Below, in pieces: positions 44,086 to 52,607 of a stretch of 64,000 nucleotides of DNA (its first letter is position 1; every line of letters begins with the position of its first letter). Location: the NCBI GenBank assembly GCA_964630205.1, contig CAZVTM010000005.1:15745-79744 (forward strand), read 5' to 3'. A program made the position numbers and the translations under genes. The notes beneath the pieces are model-generated. The model was not told where the DNA came from. It was given only the letters and a program-made list of their open reading frames with translations, and ran no database searches. This DNA is from an uncultured Helicobacter sp. (GTDB lineage: Bacteria > Campylobacterota > Campylobacteria > Campylobacterales > UBA6016).

Positions 44086-44464
44086 TTTCTACTTTTGCTT
44101 TGGGGAGTTTGTAATAATCGGCAAAATACATTATTTCCTCTGTCGTTGCTTCCGTTTTGATTATTTTGAGTGCATACTTTTCAGTGGGCGTCTGCGGCGA
44201 TTTGCCGGTTAGCAGCGCCTTTATCTGCCCTAACCTTAGGTGCTTTGACTTGTTACCGATAGAGCAGTTCACGGTAGATACCAGCATAACAGGCTTTGAA
44301 AGAGCCTTTTTGTCTGCAATAGCAACTAGCTTCGCCGCTTCTTCTAGTGGTATCGCCGATAACAAAAGCGCCAAATTATGCTTTCCGTGCCCTTGCTTTT
44401 TCCAATCATTGAATGTCGATGCCGGAATACCTAGCAACTGCTGAATGTCTTTTGTTTTCATCAC
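44066..44464 (-). CDS. Putative antitoxin/regulator with N-terminal HTH
   Basis: KDIQQLLGIPASTFNDWKK HTH; AAGGA SD; overlaps the toxin start. Confidence 0.7.
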   Translation of the reverse strand: MMKTKDIQQLLGIPASTFNDWKKQGHGKHNLALLLSAIPLEEAAKLVAIADKKALSKPVMLVSTVNCSIGNKSKHLRLGQIKALLTGKSPQTPTEKYALKIIKTEATTEEIMYFADYYKLPKAKVESVLRGH

Positions 44465-44489
44465 AACATCCTTGAATCAAATTTATAAA

Positions 44490-44518
44490 ATTATACGATT
44501 ATCGGATTATTTTGTCAA
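44490..44518 (-). promoter_or_regulatory. Consensus sigma70 promoter with embedded palindrome for the HTH-AbiEii pair
   Basis: Minus strand TTGACA-17nt-TATAAT; the spacer holds CGAT-N-ATCG (44496-44504). Confidence 0.8.
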
Positions 44519-44612
44519 TTATCCTTTATTGAAATAGTCTTACTTATTTAAAGACATATAGAATAATAAAGAAGAAGTATAATTAAGTATTTTATGCAAA
44601 AAGGGAATTTAA

Positions 44613-45298
44613 GTGAAACTTTTTTTCAGAATTGTTGCTGTTTTGTTCATTTGTAGTGCCACAGTTTGGAGTGGAGATCCAACCGACGATTTACGTCAAG
44701 CCATGCGGCAGTATGATTTTGAAGCCGTCAAGCAGTCGATTGAAAAGGTGCAGATGTTAATGCTAAAGCCAAGAATGAATACTTCGGCGATACCCCATTG
44801 GGAAAGGCTAACTACAATAATAACGCCGAAATAGCAAAGCTACTTGTAGAAAAAGGTGTGATTGTTGATATTCCTTTAGGCAGACTTAACTCCAATATAG
44901 TTTTTATTAAGTTTCTTGCATCAAAACATGTAAGTCTTAATTCTGAACAAATAAGCAAACTACGCGAGGAATCTTCCATTCCAGCAACTGTATTTGCGGA
45001 TAAAAATATTGAGTTGAACGCCGCAGAAAGCACAATTTCCAGCAAACAAATATCGTTCACTTTTACAAATAAGCTTCAAAAATTTGCCAGAGTTAGTGCG
45101 GTATCAATGTATCTTAATGGAAAAATTGTTGGTACGGCAGACATGGGTATTGAGCTACCCCCAAGTAGCACAACTATACAAACCTATAAACTGCCAATAA
45201 CTACTGAAATGTTTAATACTTTAATTGCTGGCAAAAATCAAGTAGTGCCTATAAAATACGGTTTTGCTGTGAAATATACAGTTGATAATAAAAGTTAG
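44613..45298 (+). pseudogene. Frameshifted exported ankyrin-repeat protein with a beta-sandwich (LEA_2-like) C-terminus
   Basis: One extra A at 44743-44746 would join the two ORFs into EKGADVNAKAKNEYFGDTPLGKA...IAKLLVEKG. Confidence 0.75.
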
Positions 45299-45452
45299 AC
45301 TCTCTATGTCAATAAAAACTCACAAATTACATTATGGTAACTATCAATATATACCTTATTACCACCAAGAAAGGCAATATTAAAAAGTGAACAAACCAAT
45401 CATAGCCAAAGCCAGCCAATAAGGACAAGCCATCTCTTTTTGGCAAATTTTA

Positions 45453-45980
45453 TCACTGCCACCTCTCCTGCTTTACATACACATCCTTACTGTCATTATG
45501 CATACTTAGTTCGCCGTCGCTTATATTGCACTGGAGTCTCATGGAGCGTTCACATATACTGTCTATGTCTTCGGCGTGAAGGTGTATGACGCTTAGGTTT
45601 TTGAATCTGCCGTATGCGCCGCTGTTTTGTTCCCACCATGCGGTCGCACTACCTAAGTTGTGGGTGTAGATGATGACCTTTTCGCTTCTGCCGCACGCTT
45701 TGCGAACTCTTTTTTCATCGGGTTGCCCTATGTCTATCCATAGTTTGATGTCGCCGCTGTAGTCCTTTTCCCATAGTGCAGGGTCGTCTTCGCCGTCTAT
45801 TCCCGTTGTGATGATGAGTCTATCGCTTGCGTTTAGGGCAAATGCCGCTAGGCGGAGCATGAGGCGTTTGTCGGTCTCGGAGGGGTGTTTAGCAAGGGTC
45901 AGCTCGTGTGTTTCGTAGTAGTGTCTGTCCATATCGGAGATGTTTAGCTGTGCCTTGTGAATGATAGAGCCTGCCGCCAT
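45453..45980 (-). CDS. yaeQ: YaeQ family protein
   Basis: KAQLNISDMDRHYY, HPSETDKRLMLR, PALWEKDYSG, WIDIGQPDEKR. Confidence 0.9.
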   Translation of the reverse strand: MAAGSIIHKAQLNISDMDRHYYETHELTLAKHPSETDKRLMLRLAAFALNASDRLIITTGIDGEDDPALWEKDYSGDIKLWIDIGQPDEKRVRKACGRSEKVIIYTHNLGSATAWWEQNSGAYGRFKNLSVIHLHAEDIDSICERSMRLQCNISDGELSMHNDSKDVYVKQERWQ

Positions 45981-45982
45981 AA

Positions 45983-46186
45983 CTACTCTTTTTCCCCGAG
46001 AAAGTTTAGGCTTATGAGAAAGATTTTTGTCCCATCCTCTAGTCCGAACATATTTCTAGCGATTACGCTCTTGGCTTTTCTATACTCGTCTGCGCCCAGT
46101 ATCTGACTATTCCACTCCAAAATACCGTCCGCCCTTTTTGTGCTAAACTCCAGCTCTGCGGAGTATTGGTAGATAAATTTCGCCAT
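45983..46186 (-). CDS. Hypothetical 67-aa protein upstream of yaeQ
   Basis: MAKFIYQYSAELEF... with AGGA SD; stop 2 nt before the yaeQ ATG. Confidence 0.55.
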   Translation of the reverse strand: MAKFIYQYSAELEFSTKRADGILEWNSQILGADEYRKAKSVIARNMFGLEDGTKIFLISLNFLGEKE

Positions 46187-46302
46187 TGTGTTCCTATTTT
46201 CAGTTATCTGTGGCACGATTATATCACTTTGCGGGCGAGCCCACCACGGCATAATTAAACATTAAATATACTTTTCTTATACAAAAAACAAACGGTAATG
46301 AT

Positions 46303-47451
46303 GTGAACAAAAAATACTTTAAATTTTATATTCTCGTCTTCGCGGCTCTTTGCGGCGTATGGGCATTATATATATCGTTTCAAACGCCGCCGCCAAAAGA
46401 TATTGTATTTGTCGGTAGCGCACCGCTATCTGGCCCCACTAAACATCTCGGAGTTGAATATTCAAACGGCATAGATACATATTTTAGATATGCGAACGAA
46501 AACGGGCTGCTGGGCAAGGACAGGGTATCACTTGACATCTATGACGACCAATATGAGCCGTTTTTAACAAAAGTGAACATAACAAAAGCAATTAAACAGC
46601 AAAACGTATACGGAGTACTTGGCGTCGTAGGCACGCCAACGGCCGAAGAGGCAATGAAAATAGCAATAAACGAAGGTATCCCTTTTTTGATGCCGCTTAC
46701 CGGGGCGGAATTTTTATATGATGCCAATCATCTGACTTTCACTCTTAGACCGAGTTACAAACAAGAGGCCGCTACAATGGTCAAATATATGCTTGCGCAC
46801 GATATCAAAAAAGTAGCAATTGTGTACCAAAACGACAGCTTCGGTCTAACAGCCCTTAACGCTTTTTCAAAATCGATTGCGGGGAGCGGAATAAAACTAG
46901 TCACGGAAGGGGTGTATAACAGAAATACGCTATCTATCAACTATGCACTAGGCGAAATCATCAAATACTCGCCGCAAGCCGTCATAATAGCCGGAACGCA
47001 AAAACCAACTGTTGAGCTAATAAAAAGAGCGGAAGACAATAAGCTTGAAACACTATTTTTCAATTTTTCATTCGGCGGATATGAGCCAATCTATGAAGAG
47101 GCTCGCAAAAAAAGGGTAAATCTAAATAAAATATTTATCACTCAAGTCGTTCCGCCGCTCATGACAAATGAAAACGAAGACACGAGGGCATTTAAGACGC
47201 TATACGCAAAATATCACCCCTCAAGTAAACCAAACTCCATAGCATTTGAAGGATTTTTGGCCGCAAAAACAGTGGTATCGGCGCTTGCAAAAGCAAGAAA
47301 TTCACGTTCCGATTTCATCAAATCGCTATCGTCGATGCAAATAGAACTTGCAGGCAAAAAACTACTTTATGCCGAAAACGATCACGGAGGATTAAAAGAT
47401 ACTTATCTATTGAAACTCGGCGAAAACGGGGGCATCTTGGTAAATGAATAG
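46303..47451 (+). CDS. LivK-type (type I) periplasmic binding protein with N-terminal membrane anchor
   Basis: GSAPLSGP, YDDQYEP, VVGTPT, PLTGA, YQNDSFG, AFEGFLAAK; overlaps the kinase start. Confidence 0.85.
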   Translation: MNKKYFKFYILVFAALCGVWALYISFQTPPPKDIVFVGSAPLSGPTKHLGVEYSNGIDTYFRYANENGLLGKDRVSLDIYDDQYEPFLTKVNITKAIKQQNVYGVLGVVGTPTAEEAMKIAINEGIPFLMPLTGAEFLYDANHLTFTLRPSYKQEAATMVKYMLAHDIKKVAIVYQNDSFGLTALNAFSKSIAGSGIKLVTEGVYNRNTLSINYALGEIIKYSPQAVIIAGTQKPTVELIKRAEDNKLETLFFNFSFGGYEPIYEEARKKRVNLNKIFITQVVPPLMTNENEDTRAFKTLYAKYHPSSKPNSIAFEGFLAAKTVVSALAKARNSRSDFIKSLSSMQIELAGKKLLYAENDHGGLKDTYLLKLGENGGILVNE

Positions 47452-49051
47452 AATTTCTGGCGCTGCAAGCTATCTATTGTCGCTATCAATCAGCAATAAA
47501 ATAAGATTTTTGATTTTTATCATAGCCCTTGGGATGTTATTTATAGGTTTCATAGCCGGCTTGATGTTGTTTGGGATGAAAAACAGCTTTGACTCGACAT
47601 TTAACAACAGGACGGTATCCATTTCCAAACTCCAAGCCATCAAGGACGTACACACCTTAAACATTATCAATACTTACAGGGATATACTAGAGCGCAACAC
47701 AAACCTAGAAGACGCCAACGAAGTCGTAGAACTGCTTAAAAAAAACCTGATAATCAGATGGGATGAATATCTAACCGTACGAAAGAAAAAAGAAGAGCCG
47801 AGTATATTTGAGATAATCAACGACGCAATCTTGCATCTAACTTCTATAGAGATACAAAATACGGTTGTCATAGATGAAGATAACGTCAATGATAAGATTT
47901 CGGCAAATATCAAAAAACTGGAATTTCAGCTCGGCGTCATAAGTTACCTTTTGGAAAACGATATGCCGGACGAAGCAAAGCACTGCATCAAAGCCAATCT
48001 ATTTCCGGTAGTAGATTCCACGAATATATATCTTGAGCAGCTAATCAACTTTCATATGCAAAAAGCGATGTTTGAAAAAGAGAAAGCGGATAGGCTTTTC
48101 GGGCTGGCTATCATGATAGTGGCTGGGCTACTGGTATTAGTGCTCGTCATCTCGATATTGCTAGCAAATCTGATACTCGGAAATATCAAAACCCTTCATA
48201 GTTCGCTCGAAGAAAAAGTAAACGAAAAAACAAAAGAGCTTACAGACCTCAATCTCTCTCTTGAGCGTAAAATAGATGAAGAGATAAAAAAGAGCAGACT
48301 CAAAGACGAGATGCTCCATCAGCAAACAAAACTCGCCTCAATGGGCGAAATGATAGCAAATATAGCCCACCAATGGCGGCAGCCTCTAAATGCGCTTACG
48401 ATTTTGATTCAAAGTTTTGAGACAAAAAGTATGGCAAACAAGCTAACTAAAGAGTTTATAGCAAAACAGGTCGAAGAGGGATTGGCTCTAGCTACCAGCA
48501 TGTCGGACACGATAGAATCTTTTAGGAGCTTCTTAAAGCCAAACAAAAACAAAGAGACGTTCACCGTAAGCGAAGCCCTCAACAACGCGGGCTTCTTGGT
48601 CGACGGACTTCTCAGCGCCTCAAACAGCTCTCTTACACTCTCGATAGAAAACGACATACAAGTCGTAGGATTCAAAAACAGCCTAATACAGGTAATAGTA
48701 AACATCCTTAACAACGCTATAGACTCGCTATCGGCGCAAGAACAAGATAAAAGAATCATTTTTGTAAAAGCAACCGCAAAAAACTCTTTTGCAACTATAA
48801 GAATCATAGATAACGGCGGCGGAATAGATAAAGATATAATAGGGAGACTTTTTGAGCCCTATTTCACGACAAAGCACCAAATGAGCGGAACAGGAATAGG
48901 ACTTTATATGAGCAAAAAGCTTATTGAGGAGCATTTTGGCGGGACGATAATGGCCAAAAATATAAAATTAAATTTTGATAAAAACAAATATAATTGTGCA
49001 ATGTTTAAAATAACGATACCAACTAGCCACGAGGTGAAAGATTTTGTATAA
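47444..49051 (+). CDS. Sensor histidine kinase with four-helix-bundle-type periplasmic domain
   Basis: Two TMs, IAHQWRQPLN H-box, N box, DNGGG, FEPYFTTK, GTGIGLY. Confidence 0.92.
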   Translation: MNRISGAASYLLSLSISNKIRFLIFIIALGMLFIGFIAGLMLFGMKNSFDSTFNNRTVSISKLQAIKDVHTLNIINTYRDILERNTNLEDANEVVELLKKNLIIRWDEYLTVRKKKEEPSIFEIINDAILHLTSIEIQNTVVIDEDNVNDKISANIKKLEFQLGVISYLLENDMPDEAKHCIKANLFPVVDSTNIYLEQLINFHMQKAMFEKEKADRLFGLAIMIVAGLLVLVLVISILLANLILGNIKTLHSSLEEKVNEKTKELTDLNLSLERKIDEEIKKSRLKDEMLHQQTKLASMGEMIANIAHQWRQPLNALTILIQSFETKSMANKLTKEFIAKQVEEGLALATSMSDTIESFRSFLKPNKNKETFTVSEALNNAGFLVDGLLSASNSSLTLSIENDIQVVGFKNSLIQVIVNILNNAIDSLSAQEQDKRIIFVKATAKNSFATIRIIDNGGGIDKDIIGRLFEPYFTTKHQMSGTGIGLYMSKKLIEEHFGGTIMAKNIKLNFDKNKYNCAMFKITIPTSHEVKDFV

Positions 49052-49685
49052 CGACTTAAATAAATATTCGGCCTTAATCGTAGAAGACGAGAAGCAAGTA
49101 CTCCGACAAATGCAAATAGCTATCGAAGATTTCATTGACAAAGTGTTTGTCGCAAAAAATGGGGAAGAGGCCGTAGAAATACTGCAAAACAACAAAATCA
49201 ACATTCTCATCACAGATATATTGATGCCAAAAATGGGCGGTCTGGATTTAATCAGACACGTCAGAGACAATAACATTCCAGTAGATTCCATAATAGTAAC
49301 CTCCGCCCACTCCGAGACAAATTATATGCTTGACGCTATCAGACTACGTGTTGACGGCTATCTGCTCAAGCCTATAAATACAAAAGAGATGTTGGAGCTT
49401 ATACAAAAAACGATAATCGTAAGACAAAAAGATGAAGAGATTAGGGTAAAAGACAAGCTGATAGACGCCATAAGCACTTTTGTCGGCGGAAAAAAAATAG
49501 AAATAATCAGATATCTATTCGCAAACGCAAACGAAGAAAATATATTTAACGGATCATATGAAGACATTATGGCCAATCTCAATATCAGCAAGCCGACCGT
49601 CGTCTCAACTTTTAGGCAATTAATGGATGTCGGACTAATAAAAAAACTGAAAAACACCGTATATCAAATAAATATCTCCAACTAA
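49044..49685 (+). CDS. Response regulator (REC plus C-terminal winged HTH)
   Basis: IVEDE, ITDILMPKMGG, TSAH, YLLKP; SYEDIMANLNISKPTVVSTF. Confidence 0.9.
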   Translation: MYNDLNKYSALIVEDEKQVLRQMQIAIEDFIDKVFVAKNGEEAVEILQNNKINILITDILMPKMGGLDLIRHVRDNNIPVDSIIVTSAHSETNYMLDAIRLRVDGYLLKPINTKEMLELIQKTIIVRQKDEEIRVKDKLIDAISTFVGGKKIEIIRYLFANANEENIFNGSYEDIMANLNISKPTVVSTFRQLMDVGLIKKLKNTVYQINISN

Positions 49686-49704
49686 CACCTCAAAAGGAGG
49701 TCCG

Positions 49705-50365
49705 ATGGGCCTTAAATATACGGCTTTGTGTTTATTGCTTGTCTCCTCGCTTTTTGCTTTCGAGTGCAATACCATAAAATATTCTACCGGCGAGAGCATA
49801 GAGGGAACCGTCCGCTATGAGGCGCAAGACAAGTTGTTCACCGTATCGATCCCGAAAGGATGGGGTAAGTCAGAATCAAGATTTGACTACTCACAAAAAG
49901 ACGGCAACGTCACCGGCATAAGGCTAAAAGGCCCGCAAAATAGCCTTGGAGCAAGCACAAAAATATCCGTAATATATTATGAGTATGGCGGCTTTTTTAG
50001 CAACTATAAGGAGTACATAGAGCTAGTTCAGAGTTCGCCGACAAGGGAAAGCGTGCCGAAAAAAGAGCGCTACGAATATATAAAAATAGACGGCAAAAAA
50101 GCTATCGCATTTGAGATCAAAACCTTTGAGCTTATATTTGAACAATCCATCGACAAGCTTCCGGACACAGGCGCAGACTACAAATTCGTGCCGCCTTATA
50201 AAAAAGTTTCGATACTGGAAGAATATATCATAGTTCCGGCAAAGCATGGATTTTTTCGTATTGTGCTATGAAGCCCCGGTGGATATACGCAAAGAGTGCG
50301 CACCACTGTTTAAAAAAGTAATAAAATCGATACATTTCGAAAGCCATATTCCGTGGACTAAATAA
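49705..50365 (+). pseudogene. Exported PsbP-like protein with a late frameshift
   Basis: Signal peptide, FTVSIPKGW, IKIDGKKAIAF. Removing one T from T6 at 50251-50256 gives GFFVLCYEAP...FKKVIKSIHF. Confidence 0.65.
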
Positions 50366-50409
50366 GTTTTATTTGTTAAACTACTAAATTATTATAATGG
50401 AGATAGAGT

Positions 50410-50637
50410 ATGGGTGATATGTCTATTTTTACCTGGCTTTTGGTGATGCTGATTTGGGCTATACCGCTAATTCTTTGGATATGGGCGATAATAGACATCA
50501 TAAAATCCGACTTTAAAGACCAAACTATGAAAATAGTATGGTTGCTCGTCGTAATATTTTTATCACTCCTCGGCATGATATTGTATTTTGCAATCGGCAG
50601 AGGTATGAGAATCAAAAAAACAGAAACCGATCAATAA
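50410..50637 (+). CDS. Small membrane protein (PLDc_N-like)
   Basis: LWIWAIIDIIKS...KIVWLLVVIFLSLLGMILYFAIGR. Confidence 0.8.
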   Translation: MGDMSIFTWLLVMLIWAIPLILWIWAIIDIIKSDFKDQTMKIVWLLVVIFLSLLGMILYFAIGRGMRIKKTETDQ

Positions 50638-50648
50638 AAGGAGTTATT

Positions 50649-50933
50649 ATGAAATACGTAGTTGTTAGCGCAATACTTGCCTGTTCACTTTTTGCGGCCG
50701 ATGGAGCCGGAATATACGCAGCAAAATGTGCCATGTGTCACGGTGCAGACGGCAAAGACGCCGCAATAGCAGGAAAAGCTATAGCCGGTGCAGCAGATGC
50801 CGAAGCAAAAATCAAAGGATACAAAGCGGGTACAATAGGCGGGGCCAACAAAGCATCTATGCAGGCTTCTGTGGCAGACATGAGCGATGCCGACATCAAA
50901 ACCGTATCGGCGTTCGTAAGCTCTCTTAAATAG
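50649..50933 (+). CDS. Periplasmic monohaem cytochrome c (c553-like)
   Basis: GGAG SD, signal peptide, CAMCHG haem motif, distal Met (ASMQ). Confidence 0.92.
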   Translation: MKYVVVSAILACSLFAADGAGIYAAKCAMCHGADGKDAAIAGKAIAGAADAEAKIKGYKAGTIGGANKASMQASVADMSDADIKTVSAFVSSLK

Positions 50934-50940
50934 CAAACAA

Positions 50941-50961
50941 CAAGGGGGCAAAGCCTCCTTG
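50941..50961 (+). terminator. Hairpin after cytochrome c gene
   Basis: CAAGGGGGC-AAA-GCCTCCTTG; weak U-tract. Confidence 0.5.
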
Positions 50962-51005
50962 AAAATCTTTATAGTAAAATATCTCCAAAAACACAAAGCC
51001 GCCCA

Positions 51006-52019
51006 ATGATTGATAAAAAACTACTAGACCAGTTATCTACGGAAGACAAAAAACTGTTTCTTGATACTCTTGATACGCTAATCAACCAGACTTACGTGGT
51101 AGAAAACGAATACAAAGATCTAAAAGCCTCATATGAAGCGCTCCACAAAATACTTAGCGAGATTATAGAGTTTTTGCCGACGGCTATATGGGTGCTCGAT
51201 GAGCAAGGGAAAATATTTTTGCAAAATTCGACCGCAAAGACACTCGGGCTAGACTACCGGACGTTTAAAAACAACGGTGAAGCAGAGATAGATGACCGCT
51301 CTTATCTTATCAAATCCGTTAAATTAGGGAACAAAACCATAGTTTCGGCAACAGACATAACAGAACAAAAAAGAACCCAAAGACTGGCCTCCATGGGACA
51401 AATGGCAGCACATCTAGCGCACGAGATTAGAAATCCGGTAGGTAGCGTGGCCATACTAGCATCAACACTTCAGGGGGTAGTAGCCGACAATATAAAGCCG
51501 GTGGTTACCGAGATAAAAAAATCAATCTGGAGAGTTGAGCGAATAATTAAAGCAACGCTACTTTTTACAAAAGGGGTTGCAATCAAAAAAAGTCCGTTTG
51601 GCCTCAAAAAACTAGAAGAGGAGATAAGGGCGTCAATAGGGTACTACTCATATTCCAAAGATATAGTATTTGATTTTTCTCTGCCGGATATAGATATTAC
51701 CGGGGATTTGGAACTTATATCAATGGTAATGCAAAATCTTTTATTCAATGCTATAGATGCGATAGAGGAAGCAAAAGAGGAGAATGGTATCGTAGAGATA
51801 TATATGGACGAAGATGAAGAGTTTTACAAACTAAAAGTAAAAGACAGCGGTGTGGAAGTGGCGGATAAAAGTATGCTTTTTGACCCTTTCAAGACCACAA
51901 AAACAAAAGGGAACGGACTTGGGCTAGCTCTCTCTCTTCAAATAGCTGCGGCACACGGGGGGAAGATAGAGATAGAGGAACCAAAGGCTTTCGTCCTCTC
52001 TATCTCAAAATCTATTTAG
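51006..52019 (+). CDS. flgS: Cytoplasmic flagellar sensor kinase FlgS
   Basis: LINQTYVVENEYK, RLASMGQMAAHLAHEIRNPVGS, RVERIIKATLLFTKG; no TM. Confidence 0.88.
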   Translation: MIDKKLLDQLSTEDKKLFLDTLDTLINQTYVVENEYKDLKASYEALHKILSEIIEFLPTAIWVLDEQGKIFLQNSTAKTLGLDYRTFKNNGEAEIDDRSYLIKSVKLGNKTIVSATDITEQKRTQRLASMGQMAAHLAHEIRNPVGSVAILASTLQGVVADNIKPVVTEIKKSIWRVERIIKATLLFTKGVAIKKSPFGLKKLEEEIRASIGYYSYSKDIVFDFSLPDIDITGDLELISMVMQNLLFNAIDAIEEAKEENGIVEIYMDEDEEFYKLKVKDSGVEVADKSMLFDPFKTTKTKGNGLGLALSLQIAAAHGGKIEIEEPKAFVLSISKSI

Positions 52020-52602
52020 AATATTTTGTTTTAGAGCCCTCTACTAGATTTTTCACGGTAGCGGCTACGCTCTCACGCATGAACGGCTCAAGTTCTTTTT
52101 TGATTGCATCGGCATTGAAAGCCGGCTTGATCCATTTCTCTTCATCGTATTTATATTTTTTGGTTATCGTCTGATTTTTATCGGTTATCTCAACCGATAT
52201 TCCCATTAATAATCTCAAATTTTTACCGGTCAGCTCATTTGTTACGTATTCCGCTTTTAGCATCGTAACCGTCATTAGGTATGAAAAATCGGCATTATTT
52301 TTGTCCGATACCGGGGCAAAACCGGCAGCCCTCATCTCTCTCTCAAAAGCGGTATTAAACCACGGAGCCAACTCCTGTACAGTAGTAATCACCGATTGCA
52401 CTTCTCCGCTTTTGTTTTTGATTATGCCGACAGTATTCTTGTCCGCCCTCTCATCTTTTACCGCAAGTAAATGAGCCTTTGCAAACGCTTTTTCGCCCAT
52501 GTATATCGAAGTAGGCTCTGAAAAACTAATACTTTCACCCTTAAAAGAACACCCGCAAAATACCAAAGCGGCAGAGGCTGCAAAAATAAACTGTTTATTC
52601 AT
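52012..52602 (-). CDS. YajG-family lipoprotein
   Basis: Lipobox FCGC; VKDER motif; alpha/beta fold pattern. Confidence 0.65.
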   Translation of the reverse strand: MNKQFIFAASAALVFCGCSFKGESISFSEPTSIYMGEKAFAKAHLLAVKDERADKNTVGIIKNKSGEVQSVITTVQELAPWFNTAFEREMRAAGFAPVSDKNNADFSYLMTVTMLKAEYVTNELTGKNLRLLMGISVEITDKNQTITKKYKYDEEKWIKPAFNADAIKKELEPFMRESVAATVKNLVEGSKTKYSK

Positions 52603-52607
52603 TGTTG

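Noticed and set aside
46211-46226. TGGCACGATTATATC as a sigma54 promoter for the binding-protein operon
   Set aside because: The -24 half is good, but the invariant GC at -12 reads TC.
46237-46246. GAGCCCACCA resembling the tRNA 3' end GAACCCACCA as an attR
   Set aside because: Only 9 of 10 nt match with no extension, so it is compatible with chance; no integrase is present.
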